A stretch of DNA of 50,853 bases, the filler included, from Diploschistes diacapsis (Eukaryota), in NCBI GenBank assembly GCA_023645945.1. It is 3 parts of 3 records of this genome, joined end to end, with 100 filler letters (N's around TTAATTAATTAA, not from the genome) between each part and the next. Parts side by side here need not be neighbours in the genome. Positions count along the whole stretch, not along the records: positions 33,975 to 50,853 come from JALAIB010000484.1; 2 more parts are not named here. One strand, given 5' to 3'. This document shows, piece by piece, positions 38,726 through 50,853 of this stretch; positions within the stretch are counted from its first letter, which is position 1; the number at the start of each line of letters is the position of its first letter. Under the pieces are notes generated by a model that searched no databases, was not told the origin of the DNA, and saw nothing but the letters and a program-made list of their open reading frames with translations. The position numbers and the translations under genes are program-made.

Positions 38726-41700
38726 GCTGCTATGCAATAAAAGGATGAGGTGGAGCGAGTCGCTCGGAAGATTGACAGGTAACGGGAGGCGGCGCCTTAT
38801 GAACCGACGTTCATACTGCTCGTAAAGAAGCTGAATTAAGTTGTTGTATTAAAGAGACCTCTCTTATTGTGGACGATTACAGTCAAGAGATGAAAAGAGC
38901 GTGGTGGTACGTTGAAGCTTGAGGTTGAAAGTTTAACGGGCGAGATCTAGGACATGCGGGGCTGGATCCGAGCCAATCAAAATTCACAATTGCCCTTATT
39001 AAGATATTTTTATTGTCATCCCTTTCCTCATTTCTCTACAAACATCTTCTCTTCTTTCTTATCCTTCCCCAATACATCCGAGTGAAACTTGCACTCAATC
39101 TTCAGTTCGGAGGTTTATGTATCTGATGTCTCTTCTCTATACAGCCTGCTTCGCGCGAAAACGTTCTCGGCACACATATTTATGGCCTCCTACACGGACA
39201 TTTTGCCTCTTGTGTTAGCGAATAGCGGCATGGCCCGAGATCTTCAGGACTGGGTTTACGCGCTGATTTCTATCCAGGAGTCAGCATCCTTCAAAAAAGC
39301 CTCCTTACCGTTTGTTTTGGAAAAATGTCTTCTCTTCAACATATGCGGGCGTCGCCTCCGCCTCGAACTCCTGCTGAAACTCAAGGATCCGATCGGTACC
39401 CTTGCACCGATTATCGTATAACAGCCGCAATAGACATTCTTACCTAGCTACTTCCTAAAGTCCAAACCCGCCGCCATGTAGACTTCCAAGTAGGGAACTC
39501 AGCAAATTGGAAACTCACCGTTTGTAGCACGGCCTCTGGCGCTATGAAATTTGCTGCGCTTTGGTCGAAGCGTGGAGGCCATCTGAGGGCATGGAGGCCT
39601 ATGCGAAGGCCACAAGCGCCGACACCCGCGTTAAGTATCTGACTGCTTTCTTAGACCAGTTGCTGCCATGGGAGCTTGAAGAACTGGCCTGAGTATGACT
39701 TTATGGAGCTAGCTGTCTTTCACTACGGAATACTGATCCATCGAACACCGTGGATTATCGGGACATTTTACGCGACTCGGAAAGACCTTTCCGATGGATG
39801 GCGCGATCGCCAACTTCGAAGGGTCTCGGGTTTCCCGATTCGGTCACTAACTGGTCCGAGGAAGGCCAGATAACTCGCATATTTGAGCCGTCTCTACACC
39901 CAGAGCAGCAACCCAAACATCAATTCTCTCACAAGACCTCAGATTTCTCCATACATTTCAGCAACAGCCGCTAACGCTCAAGGAACGATCGGAACGGGAA
40001 TAGTTTTGGATGCGTACTACGCGACAAATTCCTCCTTCCCGCCTTCTACGAAGTGAGAGCGTCTAACCCTCGCTATTGCGCGAGCTATCCGATTCTCCTC
40101 ACGCGTCAGAATCGCGTTTGGGAGGATGAGGTTGACTGTGAAGACGATCAGTTCGTAGAAGGCGCCGATCAGGCAAGTCAAGTGTGGAGATACACCGTCG
40201 GAAACCATCTTTACAATCTCGAATTGCCGCAAACGACTTGGCCCAATTTCGTTCGTGGGGACATGCCATTTGGAGCAATCCGCTTTTTATGTGCCAGAAT
40301 TCCGAAGATCATAGTCGTCTGCGTGTGGTACTATAGGTTCTAAGAACTGTGCGTGTCACTTCTGTTCCGACGACGGCTGGATATAATGGTCGGTTGAGCT
40401 TGTGCTCGCGAATACGATCTGGTCGGTTCATCACAGGTGGGCAGGTAGGCGAGCATGATACTGCGCATAGAAGTTGGAACGTTGTCCCAACAACGTGGCA
40501 ATGACCGTGCTTTACAGACGTGGGGACAAATGCGTGCATACAACCCTAAGTTGCAGCATCCTCTACATGCATTAAATACATGGATATGAAGTGTGGTTCC
40601 TGGGTATCTGGTCGAGCTGATGGACCTCAAAATAGTTGAGTACTGACAGAATATCATACCAGCCGGAAGGCAGACACTGGACAGTGACACTTGCTTTTGA
40701 TGCTCGTGTCGGTGGCTAGGGTGGACTGTTTCTAGAAGATACTAGATGGAATCGATAATAATCTATTATCTGAAGGAGCTCAGAACCTGTCGCAGCATGA
40801 ATAAATCATGCCCACCTTACAAGAACGTAGTTACATATGATCTCAAGTGCAAGATGATGGGCTCGGGAACAGTCTATGGCCAGGGGAGGAAGAAAGATGG
40901 ATTACAAGCTGGGCATCTCAGGGGCGCACTGTCTATACGGACATGCTCGTATCGTACTCTTCATGATCAAAGATGACTCGAATACGGGTATAACTGGGGG
41001 CCCATGATTTGCTTTAGCCAAGCATAAACTTTCGCGATTCGCTTTAGCGCTTACGTCGAGATCTATGCCTGGGAAACCTAGTCTCTAGTTTCTGTTCCTT
41101 CTGCGTCTGTGGAAAACCTGCTAGGTAAATCCCGCCATGATGCGGTTGGCGGTGCGAGGTGCTCGGGGCCAAGGAACGTGCACTGGCAATTTGGCTTTCA
41201 ACACCAGAGGTTTCTCTGATAGCCATCATGGGCCTTGGAGGTCCGCGAGTACTATTCAAGGTTTTTTTTTTTGCTGCTTCAGACAAGATCGAGTTGTCTG
41301 TGAAAGTCTTGTGTCGACCAAAAGAGGAAGTTTCTCGTTCCCCATGCTCTGTCCTGGCAACATTCCAGTCTTGGTGCAAAGTTCCTAAAGCTTTCAGGCA
41401 ACTTCTCCGGTGTGACGAAGATGCTTCACTTCTCGCTTGGTTTGCTTGTGCAGAGGTTAAGTTTAATGAATAGATTCGATTCCTATCGGCGCTGATCCAA
41501 TTGTGGGAATCTTCTTTCCTCCTTGCCCTGTCTCATTCATGTCGGTTGGCTCGCTGTCTCCACTGGTGTGAGAAGATCTACGTTTAGTGGAGTGTTGGTG
41601 GTTGATTGTAGGGTTATAGAGCCACCTGTGTATCCGATTTGGGGCCAAGGAGATATTGGACGACCTTAGGACGATGTTCTAAATTCCATCTTACTTTTAT

Positions 41701-41914
41701 CTGGATGTGCCGCCATCGGCTATGTCTAGATTCCATTCGATTAGGTTTATCTTTCAGAGATCTCAATCCACCTTATTTTCTGTTTTCTCATCACCGGATA
41801 GGGTCAGGTACCAGTAGTTGATATAGCTTCTTATCATTGGTTTGGATACGAAACGCCGGCGCGGTTGTTGGGCACAGAACAAAGAGGGTATATTATCTTG
41901 CAAAAGCCACGAAA

Positions 41915-42720
41915 TGTTCATGAGCTGGGAGGACATCCCCGAAGACAGCAGACACTTGATCAGGATTGAAAACCCTCCCATACCTCTGGCCCGTATTCGC
42001 CACGGCCCCAGCCCCCACGGCGGTAAGCACGCCTCCACATTTACCCAGCGTTGACACTAGCGCAACAGCCAGCTCCTCGACGAATTCTTCTCCGCCAACG
42101 CCGCCACCTGACCGGGCACGTACAAAACAACTTCGCCTTACGCCTTCGAGCTGATCCCGCTCTCGCTCGTCCGCCGCAACTCAGCTATCGACTCTGCGCT
42201 CATCGCGCCCATTTCTCGCAGGGACCAAGCCTCCCGTCTCCGACCCTTCATCCGAGGAAGTGAAAGGGCTTCGTAGGTGCGTCGGTCGACGATCTGGCCG
42301 AGTTCGTAGTGTCCACTTCCGGCCGCGATCGAGATCCAACCAACGCGTCCCACTTTGTTATTATTGGCGCATAATCTCCTCCAGATGGAACAGCCTTGAT
42401 TCGTTGAGACCGAGGGGAGGGATACGAGAGACGGTTTTGCCGAGACGGAAGGGCCCGTTGAAGTTCACATGGGGACAGAGGAGCTGTGCATCGGCCTGGA
42501 CTGTGCCGCGTGGGCTCAGACTATTGAGTGGACGAGCTGCGGCATGGGCGTGATCCAAGATGCTACGAGCCAGGATAGCGTCTTTCGGGGGCAATGGATA
42601 CGAGGACGGGGGTCCGTTGCAAGGGGATGGAGGATAGGATCTGGGGCGAGAACGTGTGACCGATTATGAGTGCTTGAAGGTGGTCCTGGAGCGGGATCCA
42701 TATTGCTGCATGGACTGAGG
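41915..42720 (+). pseudogene. Possible decayed protein-coding gene
   Basis: GC-rich coding-like island with an intron-like GTAAGC...CTAG (~42023-42060), but frames are broken by stops and frameshifts. No family confidently assigned. Confidence 0.25.
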
Positions 42721-43914
42721 CATGGGCTATCATCATGTCTTGGGAGGTCGGGACGGGTCTACTTGGTTGGCCAAACATACCACTTGCTGCAGACAGCAAT
42801 GAGTCCTAGTTGGAAACATAATCAAAGAAAAAAGTAATAACTCGGTAAAAAGGGGCGCAGAGTTGTATCACCAAAGCGTAAAGCGTTTGGTGGAGGAAAA
42901 GAGCATTAGGTATGATCCGAACAGATTTAGCGGTAACGTAACTGACGGAATGTATAGGGTTTACCCTTTGAATGATCACGTGGGTTACTTCCGGGATAGC
43001 CCATACCAAGTTTATATATTATATAACAGGCGGACCTGATAGCTCAACAATTCATCCAAGGAAAGCTTTTTCGAGTTACTGTAGATGCTCAAAACATTGA
43101 AAGGTAGCCAGAGCACTCCCGCAACTATGGTCAAAAGCATAAAATCACATCATCCGTGTCGCCACACTTCCACCACAAAAACTATTCCAAGAGACGGCCG
43201 TCTTTCAGCGCACAGGAAAAACATCGATGGCGAAGCCCCCGGCCCGGTTTGGCTCTCACAAATAACAGGAAACAAAAACAGAAAGATTCATGTGCAAAGA
43301 GTGAAGGCGAACAGATGGTAACGAACAGAATGATGGAAAACCGGGAAACAAACGAAACAAGACTCGGGTAGTAAGTACTTGCTGCAAGCATTCATTCCGT
43401 AAGCGAGCATCGTAGATAGTTTCAAGGATATCCCGAACTGGTCAACGTTGATTGACGAGAGACTACTGGACGCAGCGGTCGGTTGCACTCAATCATAAAT
43501 GGCAAAGAAAGTCCATGTTTTCAAAGCTCCCTCTTGCTATTGTTTACATCCGTAGTAGCAAAGCCAGGATCACTGGACAACGCCACTTCCAAACCCCCAT
43601 GCTAGCAATTCCACCCATCCAATCTAGAAAGACTCTAGATTGACACGGCTGGCGCATACGAACAGCACCGCCGATACGCCCGCCATCCCCGTTCCAGTCT
43701 ATGTGAGGTGATGAAGATGTTCCGTCTTTGCGTTCATTCGTGCCATGATCGTTTATTGTATGCTACCCTCATATCCGTGAAGGAGCATGGCCGTTCCATA
43801 GAGTTCATTCTTGTCCTCCGCGGCGAATATGATATACGCCTGTAAATGCTAGTATCCCGGCCGTGGCAGTGCTGCTTGTAAAGAAACCCGGTAGAGCGTA
43901 AGCATCAAACCCCC

Positions 43915-46900
43915 TTAGGAGAGATGGAATGCGCCCTGTCCTTCCTTGATCGCCTGGTGCAGTCTCTTGCGCATCACACCGAGATCCGAGTAGTTTGGGA
44001 GCTTGAGGTAGTTCGCACATGTCATCACGCTCGGAAGGTAATCGTCTGATGTGTACGGAGGTTCGTTGCGGCGGAGCACTACGGTAAACAAGGGGGTGAG
44101 TTTCTTGAATCCTAAAAAGAATATTAGTGAATGAAGAGAGGAACAGAAAAGAATAGCCAGGAGTGACGAAGCTTACCTCCAATCGGTAATTTCGGACTAC
44201 CAGTGACGAATTGCAAGAAGAGACGACGTTGAGGTGGGTTCAGTTCTGTCATAACACGGAGGAGATTCTTTACACTGTCGCTGTCCATGTTGAAACCGTG
44301 ATCCGCCTTGACGGAGTCCATTAAAGCTGATAGGATGTTAGCAAGCCCAAGAGCAAAGCACTGTCAAAACTTACTTTCAAGTGACCAGTCTTCCTCGGAT
44401 CGACCAAAGAGCATGACGAGCTCAGGAGGCGTAAAAGAACGCAGGGAAGAATAATGGAAGACGGTGGAGAAGCCGTTCTGGAATTCTTTGATCTGGCGGT
44501 CTACACCGCTGCCTATGGTGTAATCAACGACCTTCGAGACGTACGTATCCACATTTGCCATGGTTACCGAAGTAGTGGATCCACCACGGATGAGCTCGAT
44601 GGAAGGATAGCCTGGCAGGGTGAAGTCCAGGCCGAGTTGGTCGATACTGACATCATTGATTCGAACTTGTTGCAGTGCTTGGTCCCTCTCCTGCGAACTA
44701 GTACACTTGCCGTCTATACGGTTTTTTGCCTGCACGAACTGCCTGAGAAGTTTCAGGGAAGAAGCAAGTCCAGAATCGACGGCCTTGACGGCGGCCAGGG
44801 AACGCAAGGAGTCCCCGGATACAGCCCGATTCCTGAAGAATGCCGGGTTGAAAGAGACATCGATCATGCGTGAATCGAGCATCGATCGTGCGACAAACTT
44901 TCCCAGCATCTTGAAGAGGTTAAGGACCTTTGTTCCTTGCTCGCCAGCAGCCTCGCTTTCGCTCATTGGTGCGGGGAACAAGCCAGACTTCCCAAAAGCA
45001 TACTCGTCCCGGGGATGAGTCTCGTTCTCTCGCCAAAGCTTGTGCTTCTTTTTGCAAAACTCTTTGGAAACATTCGAATAGAATTCCAACGTCGGCCCAA
45101 GCCCCGTACCGACTTCCTCGAAATATTCGACTTCGAGGACCGCCCCCGACTGACCATAGAGCTCGAGAACCTTCAGTGCAGAGTCTAGTATGCGGCCACG
45201 AGAAATGCGTACCTTCTGCTTTTTGGGCGTGGAAAGGTAAGGCCTGTCGTCTCGTCGGCGATCTCTCCTGGAGTCTTCGGTCTGCGCACTGGCCCATCGG
45301 TCTATCGACCGCTGGCTGCCGAACGAGGTGGACTGAAGGAAAAGATAGCGGGTCTCGAAGGGGAAGAGGAATGGGTAAAGGCGAGGCAAGTCCTTGCTCC
45401 ATGCAGGCAGGCAGCCGCTGGCGACAACAAGTGGTTCTTCAAGCTGCCTGTTAAGCTTCGCCGTAAGCTTGGTGTTCACGAACTGTGCGACAGACTCAGC
45501 ATGAACAGGGGCGTGCTGAGTGACCCGATCGTGGAAGAGATCGTCCAGGTTGTTGTTCAGGTCATGGAGAATATCGAGCAGGCGAAGAATTTTCGAGGTG
45601 GTCGGGCCTTTGTGCACTGATTCTGGCAGCTCGACTTGGGAGGAGATTGCTGCGCTGGCAGACAGGGACGGCAGAGAAGAGCTGGCTGGAGGAGGGCCAA
45701 GGACCTTTTTGAATTTAACAGGATGAGTCATGCTCCAAACGGTTCTAGAGACCACTTCGCCGGGTTCGGCCCCGTCGTAGTGAACAGCGCGGTAGATTGT
45801 AGTATCTGGAGCGATGACCTGTCCCTCGATACTAAATTCCAGGTGCCAATCTTGAGGAATAGCTTGAGCGGCCGCTGCATATGACATTCCCCTTCCCGAA
45901 AGCAAGGGGCTCGGCGAAATGCCACCCAGAAGACGTGGAGGTGCAGCCAGTGCAGAGGGGGTTGTGATGTTCTGCGCCGGAGTAGGGATTCTAGTGCCAT
46001 CTTCTTGCCGTGCAGTCACCTTCCCACTCGATGCAATTTCCAGATTGACTGCTCCGGGATCGGGAGTAGGCTCCTCGTCAAGCTCATCTTCCAAGTCCTC
46101 CACGAATGCTTCCAGACCACTTCGATCATTCTCAACCTCTTCGTCTGCAATCTGTCTCTCGTCGGCACACTCTAGAGGCACTTGCGATTCTTGGGAGCGC
46201 TGCACAGAGGTCTGTGGGGTCCGACTAGAAGGCTGATGACGCTTGTTTCCACGTTTCGTGGCGGACTTCGCCTCGTCTTGAGCAGCCTGGGGTGCAACAG
46301 TCTCTGAGTTCGAAGATTCCTTGGTACGGGAATATGTTTGGGGGAAATGTCTTGGGAATGCACTCGGTGGCGGTGTTGCCAACGGATCGTGAAAGCCAAG
46401 TAGGCTACGCTCTATGAAGCTGTGGTGATGGGGCCCACCTGGAGCAGCAGCCAAGGCAGCAAGAGTTGAGATGACCTCACGACGGCCGGCCCGAGAGTGC
46501 TCATGCAAACTCATTCGCGGGCGAAGATAGTCATCCAAGGCTTTGAACGTTGTGATCGCGTGAATCGAAACCATGACACTACGCCAGCGCTCTGGAACGT
46601 CAGAGTCTTCTTCTGCAACGAGCTTGAGACGGAGTTGCTTTGAAAGCTGCGAAGATAAGCTACTCCGTGATACCTCCTGAGAGTTGTTGTGGACTGTGAC
46701 AACTTCGAAATGCTCGGCACGACTCAGGAGATCTTGAAGTTTGTGAACCAGGATGCTAAACGGACTTGCCGCTGTCACGTTTCGCTTTTGGGCCTCACCC
46801 ATGAAGGTCTCAAGGAACGCTGCTCTTGCCTCGAAGCTCAAGGGCGACGAAGCAGCATCAAGAATGTTTAGTAGACCGTCAACAACCCCCGACCTCAATA

Positions 46901-49714
46901 GTTCAGCGCTGGTTATAGAATCAAGAGCGTCTGCATTGAAGTATTGTGCTAGTACTCTGAACAATTCTTCCCCTTCCTGAAATTCGGCGAACTTCTCGGG
47001 GGTATAGTATTCGCGCAGGTCGTTGGCCAGAGATTCCACGTTGGACAGAATCTTCGCTGCCTTGTCCCGCAACTCAAGGCTCTGGGCGTCTTGGAAACCC
47101 TCAAGGATCTTTCTGGCCTTCTTGATGACGAGATCATCAGTTCTATCAACAGCCCTGCCGTAATTGTAGTCCTCTTCATCCGACGAGGTATCGGGCGACG
47201 ACATGTGCTCAGGTACATCCGCCTGATCGTCGGCCTCGTCGACTTCGTCGTCACCTTCTCCAACTTCCACCACTTCAGCATCGCTGTCGCTCTCGTGAAC
47301 ATCGATTGCCGAGGTGCCAACGGGCTCCGGGTTGTCGAGGCTCGCGTTGCCGACATTGCTGGGTTCAGGGGCAGGCTTCTTCTTCTCCGACAGTGGCCTG
47401 TCCGCAAGCTTCGAAATCTCTGCCATCACGCCTTCTCTGCAGAATTGATAGGCATAGATGGGTTTGAGACGAAGAAGAAGAAGTTCAACAGCTTGAAGGG
47501 CCCTGAGGACCAGATCCGGATGATCTTGTTGGGACAGGATCGATGCCAAGAAAGAGGCGAAAGGGACAGCTCGCAGGGCGGCCTGTAGTATGGATGGGTC
47601 GACGTTGGACAGCATTTTGAGCTGAGCTGCAAGCACTTTCTGGCGGACACTCAAGTTAACAGTACTGGAGTAGGCGTGCGTCAAGGTTGGCAACAAGATC
47701 ATTACAAAGCGCTTGACCTCGTCTTGGCAGCCTTCGAGGAGCTTGAGCCGGGTCGTGTTCGTTGACAGATTGTTCCCCGACTCGTGCGCGGCATATTCGT
47801 TCGCAGCGAGTTCCGACACTTCTTTTTCTGTGGTGCCACCGTGTCTAGAAACCTCGGGAAGTAATTCGCAGATGATGTTGAGCGTCTCGTAAATTTGCTC
47901 CCGAGGTCGATGTATTAGCGCTTGCATAACGATCACCCCATCGATCTTGGCTCCCATATCGTCGGCGTCTTCCGGTGGCGAAACGCCGGTCAGAATCTGG
48001 TATAAAGTATCCACAACGTTCATTTTAAAAAGCTCAGCCGATAGCGTAGGACTCGATCTAGCTACGATGGCCAGCAGACGGAGGAACTGGGTGTGGATAT
48101 CCAAGCCAATGAGATTGGTCGAGCCTGGCAGGAGTAACTGAAGGATGGCCTGAAGTAGAGGAGCGCTGACAAGCTCGTCGAGTTTGGAATGACCTTCAAA
48201 GCTACTGACAATGCGGGTTATGCACAGAGAACCTTGCTCGACGACCTTCTGATCACTCGATCCAAGCACGCCAAGAAGGATAGGCATAACATCTTTGATC
48301 ATGGGAAACGAGCTGTCCGATAAATCTCGACAGCATTTGGCGGCCGCCGTGACGGCGGTTCTTTGGGTTGGCGTAGCAAAAAATTCCAAGAAAGTCAAGC
48401 AGGCTGTGAGTCCCCCGGCACGAACGATCGAGCCAGGGTAGTCGTCGGAGATCTTCTCCAGCGTCTGTAGGAAGCAGTCAGCTCGGTTGACGGCAACGGC
48501 CAAGGGGCTAGATCTTACAATCAAGGCTTGTTCGGCGAGATCAATGTAGTCGATCTCAATAAGCTTTTGGCATAGAACTGGTACCGCACCGCCAGTGACG
48601 ACGCTGTGCGACGCTTGAGGCAGAGCCTCGATCAAGTTGGCAATACACCGACAAGCCAGCAGCATCATCTCGGGATTCGGCCCTATTAACCCCTCCCCTT
48701 GCATTATGACGACCAGCTCTTTGACAAACGAGTCAGGGGAGAATTGGCCGTTGAGGCTGTCTTCGTTTGCCATAAGCAGCAAGCCAGCCAACTCTTCCAA
48801 GGCAGCACGCTGAGTCGAGGGGTCCTCATGTTGTCGCAGATTTTCAAGAATTACGCGAAGCTGGCTACCCATGCCTGAGTGCGGCATGAGACCGCCTATA
48901 AGAGCTCTGGCAGAGCTGGAAATTCCGGCCGGACCGCGGTTCAAGAAGCCACTTCTGAACGCCATTGCGTGGTCCTCTTCATCTATATCATCATCTTCAT
49001 CCTCGTCGCCAAGATCGTTCAGATGTTGGTCCTCGCCAGGTGGCTCCCGGTCCCCTTTTCTTCCCGAGCTCTTGTTGGAGGCTGACCTCTGCGTACCGTC
49101 GGCCTCTTGCGGTGGAGGGATTTCGGTTTTCTTGCTGGTCTTTTTTGAGCGACGGTTGCCGCTTTGTGGGGTTGGTGTAGAGGGGTCTGTGGGAGATGAA
49201 TCAGTGGCAAGGGTGACAAAGTGAATTAGCTATACTGACCTTCTGTTATCTTTTTTCCTTTGCTGCCTTTTCTCTTAGATGAAGATGGTTGAACAGTAAC
49301 TTCCTCCGATTCGACAGTAGCTTCTGCAGGCCTAACTTTATGTCAGTAGAATATTACATATATCAAAGCTATGACTGTGATGAGTAGTTTGTACCTGGAG
49401 GTCGACATCGTCGGCTGTTTTCTTTTGCCACGAAGCGACCTTGCCCTGGTTGGAGCAGGAACAGGGACAGGGACAGGAGCAGGAGCGGGCTCGGGCTCCT
49501 GTACCTTCTGCCTCTTCGAACGTCGAGTTGATGCGGAGACCGGTTGCTGAGCTTCACCGCTTGGCTCAAGCTCCGACGGGCTTGCTGCTCGGCGTTTTTG
49601 AGATCTGGTATTGGGTCGTGTGGGCGTCGGTTCAGGCTCGTCGGCTGGGGTCGTGGAGGTTTGGGACTGTCCTGCTGCGATCCTCGCCGCGGAGCGAGTT
49701 ACTCTGGAAGACAT
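43915..49714 (-). CDS. UFD4: HECT E3 ubiquitin ligase Ufd4/TRIP12 type, multi-exon
   Basis: ARM region (MLLACRCIANLIEALP, YIDLAEQAL), FVNTKLTAKLNRQLEEPL, HECT EVGTGLGPTLEFY, FLQFVTGSPKLPIGG, catalytic YLPSVMTCANYLKLP, end GAFHLS*. Confidence 0.95.
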
Positions 49715-50247
49715 GAGAATCTATTCTGGAACTTGTGCTGCGAACAACCATGTGGAGTTGGCAACGGTCGGCATAAAGGTTCGACAAGCTTCACTAGGTA
49801 CCTGATCTAACAACCTACAACAGGGTACCTAGGCAGGGTCGAAGGGACAGGTTCAAGCAGAGGAATGGAGCTACCTAGTTGTAGAAGAACTGAAGGGGGC
49901 TAGAGTAGCTGGGTCGAGGACGTGAGGGGAAGTTGAAAATTGAGAAGGTTCGGAGTGGAAGGAAGGAGCTGTTCGCTTGGCCATGCAGACGTTGTCAGGC
50001 CATGGACGAAGAAGTGTGTTGTTTGCGGGTCAGAGGGTCCGTGTCAGGTCTATCGATTGATTGAACGATATGGAGATGGAGCTTAACACCGTGGCGTGTT
50101 TGAGGGTGGATAAGCTTTGAGCGAGGATGTCATTATTAGAAGGGAGTTCATGGCATAAAGACGCAGTGGGTGTGTTTGTCCAGCTTATCACATCATAGTC
50201 GCCGAGCGGTAGCTAAGCGAAAGAGTTTTTCTTTAACGCGGGTTAGT

Positions 50248-50492
50248 GGCGGCATGGTCGAATGGTGAAGACGATTGCTGGCAGACTTTTTCGAAGAAGG
50301 TCATGGGTTCGATTCCCACTGCTACCACCACCCATCCCGAACATTCTTCACTCGAGGCTTGGCATCCTGGCCTCCTAATGCTAAAGAATATTTGAAATAT
50401 AATTAGGCTGGTTTCTTCCCAAGTGGGAGTTTTACAGCCAATAATTGTGCACAAAAAAGATACTTAGGGTGGTTAAATCAATCATTCAAATC
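50248..50492 (+). mobile_element. tRNA-derived SINE-like element (or tRNA pseudogene with tail)
   Basis: Head 50248-50330 has A box TGGTCGAATGG, B box GGTTCGATTCC, acceptor-like GGCGGCA/TGCTACC-A-CCA but no canonical anticodon arm. It is followed by a hairpin at 50406-50439 and an AATCAATCATTCAAATC tail. Confidence 0.5.
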
Positions 50493-50560
50493 TCTTTGGA
50501 GCACCAGTCTCAGAACACATTAATTCTGGTTCAACTGATTCTGGTGTATTCTAGCCCAGA

Positions 50561-50853
50561 TGTTACGATCCAAGTGACTAGGTGGTAGTCCACTTGGCAC
50601 TTCACAGCTGATCGGGCCTAACCCAACCACTCCTTATATATAATCTAATCATAATGACACGGGTCACGTGATAAATAAAAAACCTTAAAAGCTATTTTAC
50701 CCTATATAAATAAAACGAAAGAACGGTAGTTCTATTTATTTATTAATTTATTCCGCTAAAAAGCAGTTAATTATATAAGAACGCGTTATAATTCTTATAA
50801 ATCGGGATATATTTATTTTTATAAATATCTTTAACGATTACTCGAGATTAATC
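50561..50853 (+). mobile_element. Putative LTR retrotransposon terminus, RIP-degraded, continues beyond window
   Basis: Begins TGTTACGA (typical gypsy LTR start) and grades into very AT/TpA-rich sequence. Confidence 0.45.

Noticed and set aside
44454..48141. Many antisense/alternate-frame ORFs inside UFD4 (likewise within DNA2 and the kinase)
   Set aside because: Shadow ORFs of long GC-rich coding regions, without recognisable motifs.
50248..50330. Functional tRNA gene (Leu/Ser-like)
   Set aside because: No canonical 5-bp anticodon stem with 7-nt loop, and mismatches in the acceptor and T stems; reported as SINE-like/pseudo instead.
50404..50411. TAGGCTGG match to the MITE TIR
   Set aside because: Only 8 bp, with no partner TIR or ACACGG motifs; better explained as one arm of the SINE-like hairpin.

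Overview
This is an intron-containing genomic window from a filamentous ascomycete; an Eurotiomycete/Chaetothyriales-like origin is inference only. The housekeeping backbone comprises a mitochondrial oxodicarboxylate carrier, DNA2, RNase P/MRP subunit Rpp40, THO/TREX subunit Tex1, a B-type cyclin, a DUF1640/CCDC90 protein, COG1, a hybrid histidine kinase and a UFD4-type HECT ligase. It is interrupted by AT-rich (RIP-like) repeat debris, two related hAT-like miniature elements, LTR-like ends, a tRNA-derived SINE-like element and two 100-bp assembly spacers. The most interesting part is 24.4-33.9 kb: a compact block of MFS exporter, 2OG-Fe(II) dioxygenase, homoserine kinase and a GAR synthetase/AIR synthetase (ADE5,7-like) gene. 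The GARS domain carries substitutions in several normally near-invariant active-site motifs. This suggests a non-canonical biosynthetic or resistance cluster built from primary-metabolism paralogs; it runs into an assembly gap. Family calls come from recalled motifs, not database searches, and exon boundaries are approximate.
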